Assembly (NCBI GenBank): GCA_053919585.1
Contig: CM132806.1
Length of the DNA: 64,000 bases
Strand: one strand, 5' to 3'
Origin: Euprymna scolopes
Lineage: Eukaryota
This document shows, piece by piece, positions 1-12,700 of this stretch; position 1 is the stretch's first letter; each line of letters starts with the position of its first letter. Below the pieces are notes generated by a model, which was given only the letters and a program-made list of their open reading frames with translations, made no database searches and was not told the DNA's origin. The translations under genes and the position numbers were made by a program.

Positions 1-829
1 TACAAAGTTTCTTTTTCTTCTGAGGAGGGTTTTCTCTTCAACGGGAAATTTTCCTATTAACGGTTTCAGGTTAACTTAAAATGCGTTAGAGCGTTCTCGC
101 CTCTTTTTTTCTCCTTTTAGAGCTTTCTTGCTCTTTAAATTAAAAAGGGAGATTAAAATACGTTGGCTATCATCATATTGTATGAATCCGAAGATTCTGT
201 TGTTGACATTATTGCTCAGATATTTTTCTAGACAGAATTCTTTCTAGAAAGACATCGGTTACTTATGGAAGAGACCACAGGAAGGTTGCGAACAACCTAA
301 GTGAAAGTAATTTTAGTGGAACAAACTGGATTCAAACTGGGGACACCCAGATCGTCAGTCCGTGTTGCTAACCGCTGAACCACAAATCGAGTAGAATTGC
401 TAATGAATCCCAAAACCCATTCTCTATCTAAAAACAATCTTCTTGAACTAATTTTAAAACGCGAGAAAGGCACAAAAGAAATTCCATCCCCAAACATTTT
501 ACCCTGTTTCTCTCTCTTCTCCCCTTTGGCCAACTACTACAGAAATAAATACACGTGGATATAATATATCTATGGTTATTCTCGCTCTGACAGGTCAAAT
601 AATACAGATATTCGTATTCATTGTCCTGTTCAGATTTAGACTATTATTGTTGTGAAGGAAAAAAAACTCTACAACAATTTATAAAATAAATAATTTTTAA
701 TGTTTCTGTTTAGAGAATTATTTGAATAAACTGGAAACTTTTTTACGTTTCTGAATTTTTCAGATGAGGATTGGTTATATCTATTATTATTATTCATCAC
801 CCTACTGTTCTCACCTTGAGTGTGATTTT

Positions 830-871
830 CACAACGTTTCGGTCGATATAACCTCCGACCTTCTTCAGGTG
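830..871 (-). ncRNA. Minimal type I hammerhead ribozyme motif in the left pseudo-LTR
   Basis: Minus strand reads CAC-CTGAAGA-A-GGTCG-gaggttatat-CGACC-GAAA-CGTT-GTG: CUGANGA and GAAA cores, a 5-bp stem II, a palindromic ACGT stem III and a CAC/GTG stem I. Confidence 0.8.
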
Positions 872-981
872 TATCTTACTGAATTCAGGAATGTTTCTGT
901 CGAACTCGGGAATTTGGACGGAATTTTTATCGGAACCATTTATTTACTTCACGGGGGTAGCTCGCTCTTGTTTCGTCAGCC

Positions 982-2120
982 ATAATAAGCTAACATCGGA
1001 TGCCTCACTCAAAGATCGCACTTGCATCTCAGTTGACAATATAATGGAGACGTTGACCTTCTGTGTAGAAACTACATACTTCGTGATGGTATCTGATATA
1101 TATCGGCAGGAAGGTCTGGCGATGGGATCACCAGTGTCCCCGGTACTGGCCAATGCATACATGGAATACTTTGAGGAAATAGCATTATGGTCAACACCAC
1201 TAAAGCCAACAATGTGTTTGCGATATGTAGATAACACATTCATACTCTAGCCCAATCAGGAAGATGTTCAAACGTTACTAGACCATGTGAACTCGATCCG
1301 TCCAACTATTCAGTTCACAATGGAAAAAGAAAATAACAATAAATTACTATTCCTACACGTGCTGATAACTCGCACAGATCAGGGGTTTATGTCATCTGTA
1401 TACCGAAAGCCAACTTTCACTGAACAGTATCTAAACTACAACTCCCACCATCCATATAATGTAAAGAAAGGAATTGTCCGTTGCTTACAACACCGAGCAA
1501 AAGCAATATGTAGTAACATCAGTGCATATCAAGAGGAGATAGACAGTTTAAGAGAAAACCTCAACCGTAACAACTATCCAGAGAGCATGACATCAGCTCC
1601 AAGAAATCTGAACCAAAAACAAAAGGACACGACTCAGAAACTCACCACAGTTTTTATACATATATGAAGGGCTTGTCTGAAAAACTTCAACGAATATGTA
1701 ATCCATATGACATCAGGACAGTATTCAGGAGTGATTCAACTCTCCGGAAACAGCTTGTGAGAGTCAAGCCCCCTACAGAAAAAAATCATGACTAAGAACT
1801 GTGTATATGAAATCCCATGTAAATGTAGAAAACTATACAAAGGTGAAACGTGTCGTCCGTTGAAAGTACGGTTAGAAGAACATCGAAAAGCCGTAGTACA
1901 TGGAGAGACTGAAAAGTCAGGTATAGCTGACCATATCTGGAAAGAAAAGGGAAACCATCTACCATTATGGGATGAAGTAAAAATTATAGACAGAGAGGAA
2001 CGGTGGAGAGTAAGACGACTGAAAGAAGCAGCATATATGCTGAGAAATAACCAACTGCTAAGTAGACTTAGTATAGAATTTAATACGATATGGGAACCAG
2101 TCATTACAAACAATAGATAA
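982..2120 (+). pseudogene. Penelope RT (C-terminal part) plus GIY-YIG endonuclease, broken by a stop codon and a frameshift
   Basis: ORF pieces 891-1250, 1287-1667 and 1788-2120; catalytic YVDD is mutated to YVDN. Confidence 0.9.
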
Positions 2121-2253
2121 TATATACAAGTAATAAGTAAAACATCAATATATATATACAAATAACAAGTATAGAGATAGATATACATTAATATATAGTA
2201 ATAATTAGTAATAAATGGTGATATTTACAACTAGAAATAAAAATTGTCCGTAA

Positions 2254-2348
2254 GGACCCGTGGCGCAGTGGTTAGAGTACTGGGAAAAATCAATTGTATA
2301 AGTGATATTCTCCTGAAGGTTGAAGGTTCAATTCTCAGTGTGGGCGAC
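2254..2348 (+). promoter_or_regulatory. tRNA-like Pol III A/B-box cassette in the Penelope 3' region
   Basis: A box TGGCGCAGTGG (2261-2271) preceded by a 7-nt acceptor-like GGACCCG; B box GGTTCAATTCT (2325-2335). Not a complete cloverleaf. Confidence 0.6.
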
Positions 2349-2483
2349 TGAAATATACATTTACGAATTACATAGCTGACGGAACAAGAGCACGCTACCC
2401 CCGTGAAGTAAATAAAGGGTTCCGCTCGGAATTCCGTCCAAATTCCCGAGTTCGACAGAAACATTCCTGAGTTCGACAAGATA

Positions 2484-2525
2484 CACCTGAAGAAGGTCGG
2501 GGGTTATATCGACCGAAACGTTCTG
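2484..2525 (+). ncRNA. Minimal type I hammerhead ribozyme motif in the right pseudo-LTR
   Basis: CAC-CTGAAGA-A-GGTCG-ggggttatat-CGACC-GAAA-CGTT-CTG. Same core as the left copy, with one stem I mismatch. Confidence 0.75.
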
Positions 2526-4656
2526 AAAATCACACTCAAGATGAGAATAGTAGTCTGATGAATAATGGAAACTTTTTGTCTCACATATTTTTTTACTGAA
2601 TAATTTCATTTGAATAGGTTGGAATTCCGGTCACATTTCAATGGCCTATTGATTTTTATATTTCCTTTCATGAATATTTTTGTATATATTACACTGAAAA
2701 GTTTCTAGTCAACAAGCTGACGTTAATTAAAATTATTTCTTTGAGACAATAAATTTAATTTAAGAGGCCAGAAACATTCTGGTTAAAATAGAAGTCTGAT
2801 ATTATTTTGAAATACTTCATTTAAAAGTAATTTTATTTGTTGGAAATAGAAACTGTCTGGTTATACTTTCAAAAAGAAACGTAAATAATGACCTACTGGA
2901 AACAATTTCTCTTTTAATCTGTTGCATATCGGAATGAAATTGACGAAACTTAACGCGATAAAAAATAAAATTGTGTTGCTGTGTCTATCCAAGCGGGGAG
3001 TTGGAATTAAGGCTGGCCGAGTGAAAAGTATTTGCTAATGGTGTGCTGTAAAGTCATATCAGCCCAGAGTGGGGGTTCAAGTACGTTGACCGATAAAGTG
3101 GAATAAAGTAGGCGAATTAAAATGACGAAATGCAATACTTATATTTAATCACGCAGAAATTACTAATTATCAATATTTTGCTTCAGACAAGGATTGCATG
3201 AAACTACTCTTAATTGACATCAGGGAACGATACTTAATATTGAGGACAGAATATTGGGAAGATTAAGGAGTATAATTAGTATCTTGGACCTAATTTGAAG
3301 ATCTTTTTTCTTCTGCCACTTGCGATTATTGGCAGGGAATATGGAAGTTCAAGTTTTAAACAAAAAAGGCATTTGAGGAAACACATCTATTACTTGGACA
3401 TAGCAAATTAGAAACGTTCTTTTATAGTCACAGAGATAACAGCTTGCTAGTTTTGTGGGTCTATTGGATGTTTTAATCTCTTTCGCTCCAAAAACCGTCA
3501 CACCTGAAAATCTAAAAAACATAAGGTGAACGCTACTTTGTTACAAATGCAAAGGACCTCGTTGGTTTCAAGATGGGTTACCATAGTATGCCTACTAAAG
3601 AGGATCACTCTGATGATAGCAGCGGTAATAAAGACGACGGAAAGAGCAATTGTAGTATTTCTACTGTGCTGAAAAAAATTACGACACAGTGATATATAAA
3701 AATGTCACGATATATCTTTGTTGTCGGCAATGGAGAAGATGTGTGCGTTAGTGTAGAAGAAAGGGATACGTTTTCTCGGGCCCAAATTGCCGGTCAATTG
3801 TTGATATTAATTTCGAGTGTTTATGTAATAATACCTGACTCTTCGCCCTCACTTTCAAACGTCGACTCTGGGATTTCACTCTTAATGTAACCAAGCCACA
3901 CTTTCAAAGCGTTTTATTTAGCGATGACGTGTTTTGTTCTGCCGCTAACATTTCACAGGTGGCTCCAATAAACAATTATTTTTGACAATCCACCATACTT
4001 GTTTTCCCGATCATATGGTTCGAATTCAATTGACGATTATTTTATTTGTAGCAATCAATCATATTCAATTGTTTTCTTCTGGTCTGGTGCAACGTTTATC
4101 TACTGACAAATCATTTTTCAGCAAATTCGACTTGAATATTTAAATAAATAAATGGATGCCAGCACAGAGAAAACACCTGCTTAGCTGGCACTGTAAAAGA
4201 TGAGAGGGTGAGAAGAACTTTAAGGACTATAAAAACTTTAGAGATCCAGAGGGAAAAATGGAGATTGTAAAATTAAAGAATATTATCAAGGAGAAAAGAA
4301 AAAAACGATACCAAACCACCCAAGCCAAGTCCAACTTCTTCATCGTAAATGTCCAAACCCAGTTGCCTTCCTCATATCAACTCATCAAGCATTACCTTAA
4401 GGGCATAATTTGATAGATAATGGATTTTAACAAAAATTTCTACAAATTCAAATTTGACTTCAATACATATTGATTCTAAAAAAGAATAAAACTAAAGTAC
4501 CACACTAAACATATAAGATCGAATCACACTTCTCTTTGAATTCATTACTCAAATATTCAACAAACTTTAGTTACTGGTTCTTCTTTTTTTTTCTCAATAA
4601 TTATTCAAACACAAAATAAAATTCTGGTTAAGTGAAAAAATATTAATAAAATGGTA

Positions 4657-4659
<3 letters not shown>

Positions 4660-4722
<63 letters not shown>
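4660..4722. repeat. (CT)n microsatellite
   Basis: Direct dinucleotide run. Confidence 0.98.
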
Positions 4723-4725
<3 letters not shown>

Positions 4726-5019
4726 AAGAATAAGCTAACAAATATTTTTCTTTTACAAAGGAGTCACAACTTATCAAGGCCCGGGGTCCGCCCAGGGATA
4801 AGAATTAATGAGTGTACGGTAGCCAATCATGCAATATCGTAGTAATCCTTAGTAGTGGAAATTTGGTAAATTAGATTACTTAAGGAGACGGCTCCTCAAG
4901 AACTTATCCACGGTAGATTTGGAGACGATTGAAACGGAAGAGAGTTTCACAGGCGTGCAGTTCTAAGAAAGAAACTTTGTTCATGGAATTTAAGTTTAGT
5001 CACAGATAAAGGTTCTAAA

Positions 5020-5900
5020 ATGGCACTCATGCTAGCTCATTTAGGTTTTGGGGGATTCTCAATGTCGAAGTAAGCGTATTCTGTATACAAGAGACCCAAC
5101 ATTATTCGAATATGTGAATATGTTTGTGTGCTGGCAAAGGATTTACATGTTCATTAAGCATACTTTGATGATCACTTGAGACGACTCTCTTGGCCTGTAT
5201 GGCACTCTTTAGGTGTGTCGGTTAAAGGAAGATTCTGCATTCTGGGTGTAATGATAGAGTATAGTGTTTCAATTTAGTTGTTTTATGCAGCTCATGGCCG
5301 GAGTGAGCATATTCAATCATCTCGGCAGAATCAGCGGTTAATGAATACTTCTTGGCAGTATATTTTAGTGGGAGATTTGAATGCTTTCTTGCATCCCAAT
5401 TTAGATGATGGAACTAATGCTAGTAGGAGCACTAGCCCAGATCAGAATGCTGTGGCATTTTTCATGAATTTGTAAATAAGTTTGACTTTGCTAACAAGTA
5501 TTGAAATGAAAAATCTTGCGATAAAGTATAGACTTGGATAAGCCTGACTCTGGCAGTTTTAAAAAGAGTTTATCTAAGTCTTTTAGAATGTCCAAGTTTT
5601 CACACTATAGTTCATTTGAGCTATTGGTTAATCGGGGTTTGAGTAAATTTTTATAGGTCTAAGCCTAAGATAAGTTAAGAGAAGTCGAACACTCTATTAT
5701 TTAAAGTGAAACACTACCAGGAACAGTTAGAAGTAACAATAAAGCGAGAAGTAATAATTGGCAATAAGTGGTGGAAAATTATTTACATTCGGGGGGGGGG
5801 TCACAATTGTTATGAGTTCACCATAAAACATTCCATTAAAGTACTGGTAAGACAAACGCAGGGATACAACATTGCGGCGATGAGATGATAAAGTGCTGAA
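5020..5900 (+). pseudogene. Decayed APE endonuclease of an L1/Tx1-like LINE
   Basis: Residual motifs VFCIQET (about 5075-5095) and ILVGDLNA (about 5362-5385); many stops. Confidence 0.5.
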
Positions 5901-6394
5901 TTTGGAGCTTGGTGGATAGTGTGGCGCCTATTAAGTTTGAGGCTCATGTTAGACCCTGTCTCAGAGAGAGAGAGGGACTAGTTGTATATTCACCAGCCCA
6001 GATATGGCAACAATACTGACAGAATGATGGCTTTGCGATATATCCCTTGTTTCATTGTCCAATTAACTGCGCTAGAAAGTAAGTGTCTTTATTATGTTGA
6101 AATAATATATTAAATTGCTGTCAAATAGTTATTCACCTTTGTTTATTTGACTGCTATTTAATTAATTCGATTTATTCCCCTGCTTTAATTCTATCATTAA
6201 ATAGCTGACAAATAATTATTGCCCCTGTTGAATTTATAGAAGTCAAATATTTATTTCCTTTGTTTTATTATTCAAGTAAATAGCAATTTAATAGAGTAAC
6301 TGAGATTGATTTTTACACTATTAACTAACAATAAAAAAGGTATTTGTTTATGAATTTTGACGATAGATTTTTTATTATTCGTATGATTTGGATG

Positions 6395-7300
6395 TTTTCT
6401 GACTACTTTTCTCATCTTGAGTGTTATTTTCACTTTTCAGTCAATGTAACCTTCGATTTTCTTTAGGTGCATTGGATAAAATTTGAGAATTTTTCTGTCA
6501 AACTCAGGAATCTGCATAGAATTTCCAACAAAATCCTTTATTTAATCTATGGGGTAGCTGCAAATACCCATGGTCTAATGGATAATGTACTTGGTAAAAT
6601 TCAGTTACATTTTTCTTAGATTGAAGATTCAATCCTAAGTCCGGGGGACAGTCAAAATACTGTTGCGGACCAGGATATAATAATCCTAGCTCGCTACAAA
6701 AGAAAATAATGAAATGAATGGAAAGAAGGAAACAAAACTCAATTGCTGAATAAAATAAACATGTCGTTTATTTTCTGTCGAAAATAAACGGTTTAGGTGG
6801 AACACGTGTTCATTCAGTCATTGACGACTACGCACATGGAAAAAAAAGGAATGAAGTAGAGGAATGAGAAATGGCAGTCCAGCATGTAGAAAAAGAAAGA
6901 GAGAGGGGGTTGACCTCAGTAAAGCCGTGCGTCCATGGTAGTAGCCATCCATGTGGAAAAGTCTTCAAGTCAAAGTCTGTGGACGCGAACTTGTCTGATT
7001 GATGAACTAAAGCAAAAGGGAAAAAAGAGAATATTGAATGGTGTTATTGACTTTTATACCAGGGTCAGTGTTCTGACTGAGCATGTCTGGATTTCCTTTC
7101 AGGGGAAGTGACGTTTCCCATGTGTGCGTACATGTGTGTACGTTAGTGTGTGTGTGTGTGTGTGTATGCACATGAATGTGAGTGTATATACGTGAACGTG
7201 AATATATGTACGTGTCTATGCGTATGTGGGTGTGTACATGTGGGTGTATGTATGTGAGGAAAAAAACATGTTCGAACAATACAATTGCAAATTACTTAGG
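6395..7300. mobile_element. Old degenerate copy of the Penelope pseudo-LTR (inverted ribozyme arm plus tRNA-like cassette), split by a solo LTR
   Basis: 6410-6560 aligns by eye to 806-962; 6565-6660 plus 7279-7295 aligns to 2254-2372. Confidence 0.7.
6661..7278. mobile_element. Solo LTR
   Basis: TGTT...AACA termini and a 4-bp TSD ATAC; the flanks rejoin into a continuous pseudo-LTR homolog. Confidence 0.7.
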
Positions 7301-8039
7301 ACCTTTACTCAATCATGGCTGATGGAATGAGAGCATTCTACTCCAGTGGATAAAATGAAAGGTTCCATTCAAAATTCAATACAGATCACCAAGTTTGACA
7401 AAATATACTGTAAGAAGGTTGAAGCTTACAAATAATTCTTTCTGTTTTTTAATCAATTTTATGAATTAATTATAATTATTCCCTTTATTTAATTACTCCT
7501 TTATTATAAAGCAGTCAAACAACAGTAATCACTTTGTTAAATTATTCCAATAAAAAACTTTATCTAATAAAAACACTTTATGTAGGATACAATTTATTGG
7601 ACTACTTACACATTTTTACCTTTTCTAAGTTGGTTCGATTGAAAATGTCAACTAAAATGTTTGTGTAAGCACATGCCTTCCAACTCAACACTTTTCCAAC
7701 ATTTGATATCAAATTTTTCTCAACCCCTTTTTTTAATGATGGGCTCCTTGAATTCAATTTTGTTCCAATCCTGCCTAAATAAATAGTATGTAACTAAAAT
7801 TTTATTTATTCTGACAATTTCTTCTTCCCAGAAAGATTGTATTTTAAATAGTTTACAGAATTGAGTTAGCTAAACAATATTTCTGGAGTTTGACATTTAG
7901 TCATTTTCTTTAAAAAACTGCCTTTACCAACCGACAGATCTCAACTACTACCAATCACATAGTAAAATGATGACACCAACCTGACAAGCTAAAAACGGAA
8001 AAGAAACAATAATGGAATGCAGGTCGGAGATGATTTAAA

Positions 8040-8410
8040 CACTCCTATCTGTTAACTAGCATTGATTGTTTTTCTCGGTAAAAGCATTTCATTTAAGTGA
8101 TATTGTTACTGAAACTCGTGTGATGAGTGTGTTATTAAGATGTCCCTACACCAATTACCAATTATCACGGTATTAATTCGATTTCCATCTACTTAAGAAT
8201 CTTCCAAAATCTTAGTTACAAAACGCACACAGACAAGTTACAATCCAGCTTCCAACGAAAGGATTGAGCGCTTTTATCATCAGTTGAAATCTACTTTACA
8301 TGCTGCTTCTGATCCTCAACAATGGATCTAATGTGTATGCTTCTTGAAATTATACTTTCAAAGATGCACGAACCTTGTCTTCCGACATATTCTACTACTA
8401 CATACCATGG
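8040..8410 (+). pseudogene. Gypsy integrase fragment
   Basis: TSYNPASNERIERFYHQLKS resembles the integrase TTxYHPxxNGxxERxHxxLK motif. Confidence 0.6.
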
Positions 8411-8468
8411 TAAATATGTCCATTAGTTAAAAAAACACTGTAAAACTATATATATATATGTATATATA

Positions 8469-9150
8469 CTAGCGAAAGTACCCGTCGTTGACTGGGTTAA
8501 AAAACAGCCTACAGAAAATGGACTCTGATTTATGAAAGCATGATAGGTTATGAAAAGGAAGGGTTGTAAAGAGATAGCTTCGAATTTGTGGGTATCAAAA
8601 CCAAAGCAAAATATGATGAAAGTAAAAATAAAATAGATAAACCCCATAATTTATTATACCATACCTGTTCACACTGAAACACTTATCACAATATTCTGTG
8701 AATCTATATTAAAAAACCTTGTTAAACTTTGTGACATATTTCCATTCTATGGAGGTCAGGTGCGAACGAACACCTCATAATTTTATTATACCATATTTCT
8801 TCAAACTGAAACATAATTATCAAAGTATAATTACGCAGATAGATATGAAAATTATTTATTAAAGTTTGTGCCTATTTCCATTCTATGGAGGGCAGGCGCG
8901 AACACAGACCCCACAATTTTATTATACCATCCCTATTTAAGTTAAAACATACTTAAACGTTTTTTTTTATTTTTTTAGTTTTTATTTCCATACTTTGTGG
9001 ACCAGGCGCGATCGCAGACCCCACAATTTTTATGAACTACCGTTCTGCCAGATCAAACATACCCATTCCTGTGTCTCGATACATCTTCTATCATTATATG
9101 TAATCAGTTTTTTTAAATATTCAACCATATAGGAGCCTATTCGTGACCAG

Positions 9151-9188
<38 letters not shown>

Positions 9189-9206
9189 TCAGCTTTATAT
9201 TATAGA
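8469..9206 (-). mobile_element. Non-autonomous Helitron
   Basis: Minus strand begins A|TC followed by (TG)n and ends with a GC hairpin (8480-8497) plus CTAG|T; internal tandem units of about 130 bp. Confidence 0.8.
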
Positions 9207-9375
9207 TACAAAGAGAGAGATACATTAACATTCCCATTTATACACAGGCCAACAGACAAAATAAACATGTCTGCTCAATTCCTCCTGAACATAATGTGTC
9301 TCGATACATCTTCTATCATTATATGTAATCAGTTTTTTAAAATAGTCAACCATATAGGAGCCTATTCGTGACCAG

Positions 9376-9406
<31 letters not shown>

Positions 9407-9513
9407 TTCAGCTTTATATTATAGATACAAAGAGAGAGATACATTAACATTCCAATTTATACACAGGCCAACAGACAAAATAAACATGTCTGCTCAATTC
9501 CTCCTGAACATAA
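9070..9513. repeat. About 220-bp tandem duplication spanning the Helitron 5' end and its flank
   Basis: 9070-9294 versus 9295-9513; near-identical, differing in CA-run length and about 3 bases. Confidence 0.92.
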
Positions 9514-10399
9514 TGTGATAGCCGAAACAAACAGATGTACTCAATTTCTCTTGCATTGACAACAACTTTTTCTCTTGAAAATTGTTCTTTACCAATCTTT
9601 TATTTCGCATTGCTTAAGCAATTTATTGTATAAATAAATTTTATATGAATATTAATCTCTGTTATATGCAGTTCCTCTTTTTCATGCTTGGACTGTCCAG
9701 GGTCAATAGATTGGCACACCTTACATTGCTCCACCACCTCTTGAACATTGTCAATTTTTATGTTATGATTCTCTTTCCTGGCTAGGTTCTCTTCTTTCCA
9801 AAATGATACATATTATGCAGGTTCTTCAGATCTTCTACTCCACAGCACACCAAAGCCACATCCTTCTTTTACCGTAGTTGGGGCCTTTTTCACTCTGGTC
9901 ACTCTATCCACTTTTTCTGTGATGGAACCAAGGTTACAGTTATCTTCAGTCCAAATTCTCTGATCAGGTTTCCAAGTGCTCCAAGTCGATGTTTGATAAG
10001 CATATCAACTGTCCCTTTCGTCCTAATCTTCTGACACTTTTGATTTAATCCATGATGCTGAGTCCATTTATGCACCCACTGTCTTTAACCCTCATTTCAA
10101 ATTCAAATTGATGCCCTTTACTGTGGTATCGCACTCTGCAACATTGACGTGAGTACTATTATATTTTATAGGCAAGCAACATCCTCAATAGTTACTTATA
10201 TTTCTAACAAAGCTCCTTATGCCAAACTGCTAGTGTCACTCAATATTACCACTTTTTGAGCTGCTTTTTATATACTATTCTCCCTTTACAAGATCTACCC
10301 TTTTCACTTCCTCAATGACCTCTTATATCATGTGCAGCACCTCTTTTTCAATTGCATCTTCCCATTGGTCTTCACCAGTTTCCCTTTTAGTAAAGCTGC

Positions 10400-10800
10400 A
10401 TGCAGTCCACAACAATCCGACCACAGAGTAATGACTAGCATCATAGCAACTATCATCTACATACTGAAAAAAGTTCTTGCTTGGATAGACCATTCTTGAT
10501 TTCAGGGATCTCATTTCAATAGCCAAACATCAACTTTCTTTGAAGACGGAACTTTACAAGGTGGCTTTATCATCTTTGTCTGTAGCAAAGGATTATAAAC
10601 AGGAATGTCATAGATGTGTGTAATCAAAGAAACTTGACTGAATAACAAACAGCCCATAAGCTTCAGAAACTCTTGCGTTTGGTGAAGCAGTTGATACTGG
10701 TATATTGATAGCTGCCATGCTTCAGGAGATATTCAGACTACCAAGATTGCCTCAGGTTTTTTGTAAAACAGACAATAATGCTCTGCTGGAAATTTTAAAT
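10400..10800 (+). pseudogene. Copia-type RT/RNase H fragment
   Basis: QGGFIIF and ETLAFGEAVDTGILIAAMLQEI..TDNNALL motifs. Confidence 0.6.
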
Positions 10801-11949
10801 TTATCAAATCCTGTGAGTGGCTAGACTGAAGGAAATGATGGTGAAGAAGGAAATATAAACTGAATGGATCAGGGGTCAAAAACTGGTTGTAGATTGTCTG
10901 ACGAAGATGGGAATTCTGAGAGATTTTTTGCAATGAAGATTAGTTTTGATTTTGTTGTTTTAGTTTTGTTTTTTTGTTTTCTTAGGCACTCTAGTTCTTA
11001 CAAGAAGACGCCAGCAATATTAATCTCTGAGTTAAGACAGTTACCTTTCTTTGTCTATAGATAAAGCAAAGTCCATTTGAAATGATCTGCTCTTGGTCGT
11101 TGTGATTGTAAATGGGTTGTGAGGAAGGAGTACATGGCACATAAGCCTACGTTTAAATATGGGCAAACATTAACATTCATATTTCCACACATGGCGCCAG
11201 TCACATAAGCACGCCTGCTTAATTCCTTAATATAATGGGCAACAGTCTAAGTAAATGTGTACTCAATTTTTCTTACATGAAAAATCAATTTTTTCTCAAG
11301 AAAATTCTTAGATTTTTTTTAACTTAGCAAAATTTGCAAAACGAGGTCGGTTTAACTTTGCAATCTTTACAAAACGAGGTAGGTTTTAAATGCGAGGAAA
11401 ATTCAGTTCTCCCAAATGTGGCACACTGGATTGGAAAAAAAATAAATTGCCTCTTTAAGGATTTTTCTTTCATGCAGTACTGTTTATAATTTTTTAAGTT
11501 ACAATGTCAAAATATTTGTGTGTAGAAAGTGTTGATTTCTATGTATATAATTACTTGTGTTCGACAAAGGCATGCAGATAAAAGAACAATCCATACATCA
11601 TTGGAAATCAGGAGCAATATAAAGTAGCTTTCAAGTGACTATGAAATATTTCAATTGTCCCATTGGAAGTTGAATGGTTACTGGTTGTTTGCGTTTTGTA
11701 CTTATGATTTTGGAAGATTCAATCGAATTGCTTATTACAAAGAATAATTGTTGTAATGTAATCATAATATGAAATTTAGTTAGCAATTAAAACCGGCGCC
11801 AGTTTCAGCAGAAATATCAGTCAAAAGGAAATTTTTCAACAAAAAAAAATCAATATACGATAACAGATACATTTATTCCAGCCGGCAGAGAAAAATCTGA
11901 TTGAAATCAACTTCACTATGGCAGAAATTCTTAGACAAGCCCAACTGCA

Positions 11950-12480
11950 AAGAGGAAAAGTGAATTTTACGATGAGCATCAGAAAAAAACAGGGTTGAGT
12001 TGAATTTATAGAAGTTTCGCTCAGGATTTGTTCATCTGCTGTAGTGATGAAAATGCACTAAAATTTGCAAGTAGCAAATTCTGGTGTTGAAAGTTTCAAA
12101 ACATCTAACGACTGGTCCAAAGACATTTAATAAAGATTGATATTCTTAAGAGAAGAAATAACACTCAGGGGAGGGTGAGGTCATGTATCTAAAAGAGTTG
12201 TTCTTTGAATTGGATATTTATCATGTGTCGTTGGAGACATCGGAAATGAAGTTCAAATATCAAGCTTCACAAGGAGAATATTATCTAGCTAAACATGAAG
12301 ATTGAATTTAAAGTGACAGTGATCCATATAAATCGCAAATTTATCACCCTCCAGTGCATAATGAAAGTGTTTATTTTCTAGGTAGACAGAATTTTGGGTC
12401 CAAAAATACTATATTGCATCTTAGCAGATGTCAATTAACGAGAAAATTCATGCCATTATTGAATTTACTGCTGATAATGT
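11950..12480 (+). pseudogene. Possible pogo/Tigger transposase remnant
   Basis: FKTSNDW...QGE resembles the CENP-B HTH motif FKASxGW...GE; heavily decayed. Confidence 0.35.
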
Positions 12481-12663
12481 AACACAGCATCAAATACAGA
12501 ACTAGTTTTGGAATTTTATTTTTAACCCTCTCAACCATCTAGCGGTGCTAGGAGGAAGGTGGGGATTCAACTATTTTGCCTTTGTGGGGTAGGAAGCCTG
12601 CACTTCTTGCTCTGTTGTCTCCTTCCTGTTCAGTGTGGTAGTGAGACTGAGTGATCCTTTGAC

Positions 12664-12664
<1 letters not shown>

Positions 12665-12700
<36 letters not shown>
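12665..12700. repeat. (CAT)n microsatellite
   Basis: Direct trinucleotide run. Confidence 0.95.

Larger units (their letters stand above)
789..2566 (+). mobile_element. Penelope-like retroelement, 5'-truncated, flanked by inverted pseudo-LTR copies
   Basis: RT motifs (TTYF..YRQEGLAMGSPVSPVLANAYMEYFE, RYVDN, IQFTMEKE, VYRKPT) are followed by a GIY-YIG endonuclease (CVYEIPCKCRKLYKGET..RLEEH). 192-bp inverted repeats at 789-980 and 2375-2566. Confidence 0.93.

Noticed and set aside
2254-2348. Functional tRNA gene
   Set aside because: No anticodon or acceptor-stem pairing and an over-long A-B spacing; kept only as a tRNA-derived cassette.
2555-2575. Second CTGATGA...GAAA hammerhead-like core
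   Set aside because: No stem II pairing, and the core is not conserved in the left repeat.
3609-3650. CTGATGA...GAAA motif
   Set aside because: The intervening sequence does not form stem II.
8640-9060. CRISPR-like array
   Set aside because: Degenerate tandem units inside a Helitron; no unique spacers, no cas genes, eukaryotic context.
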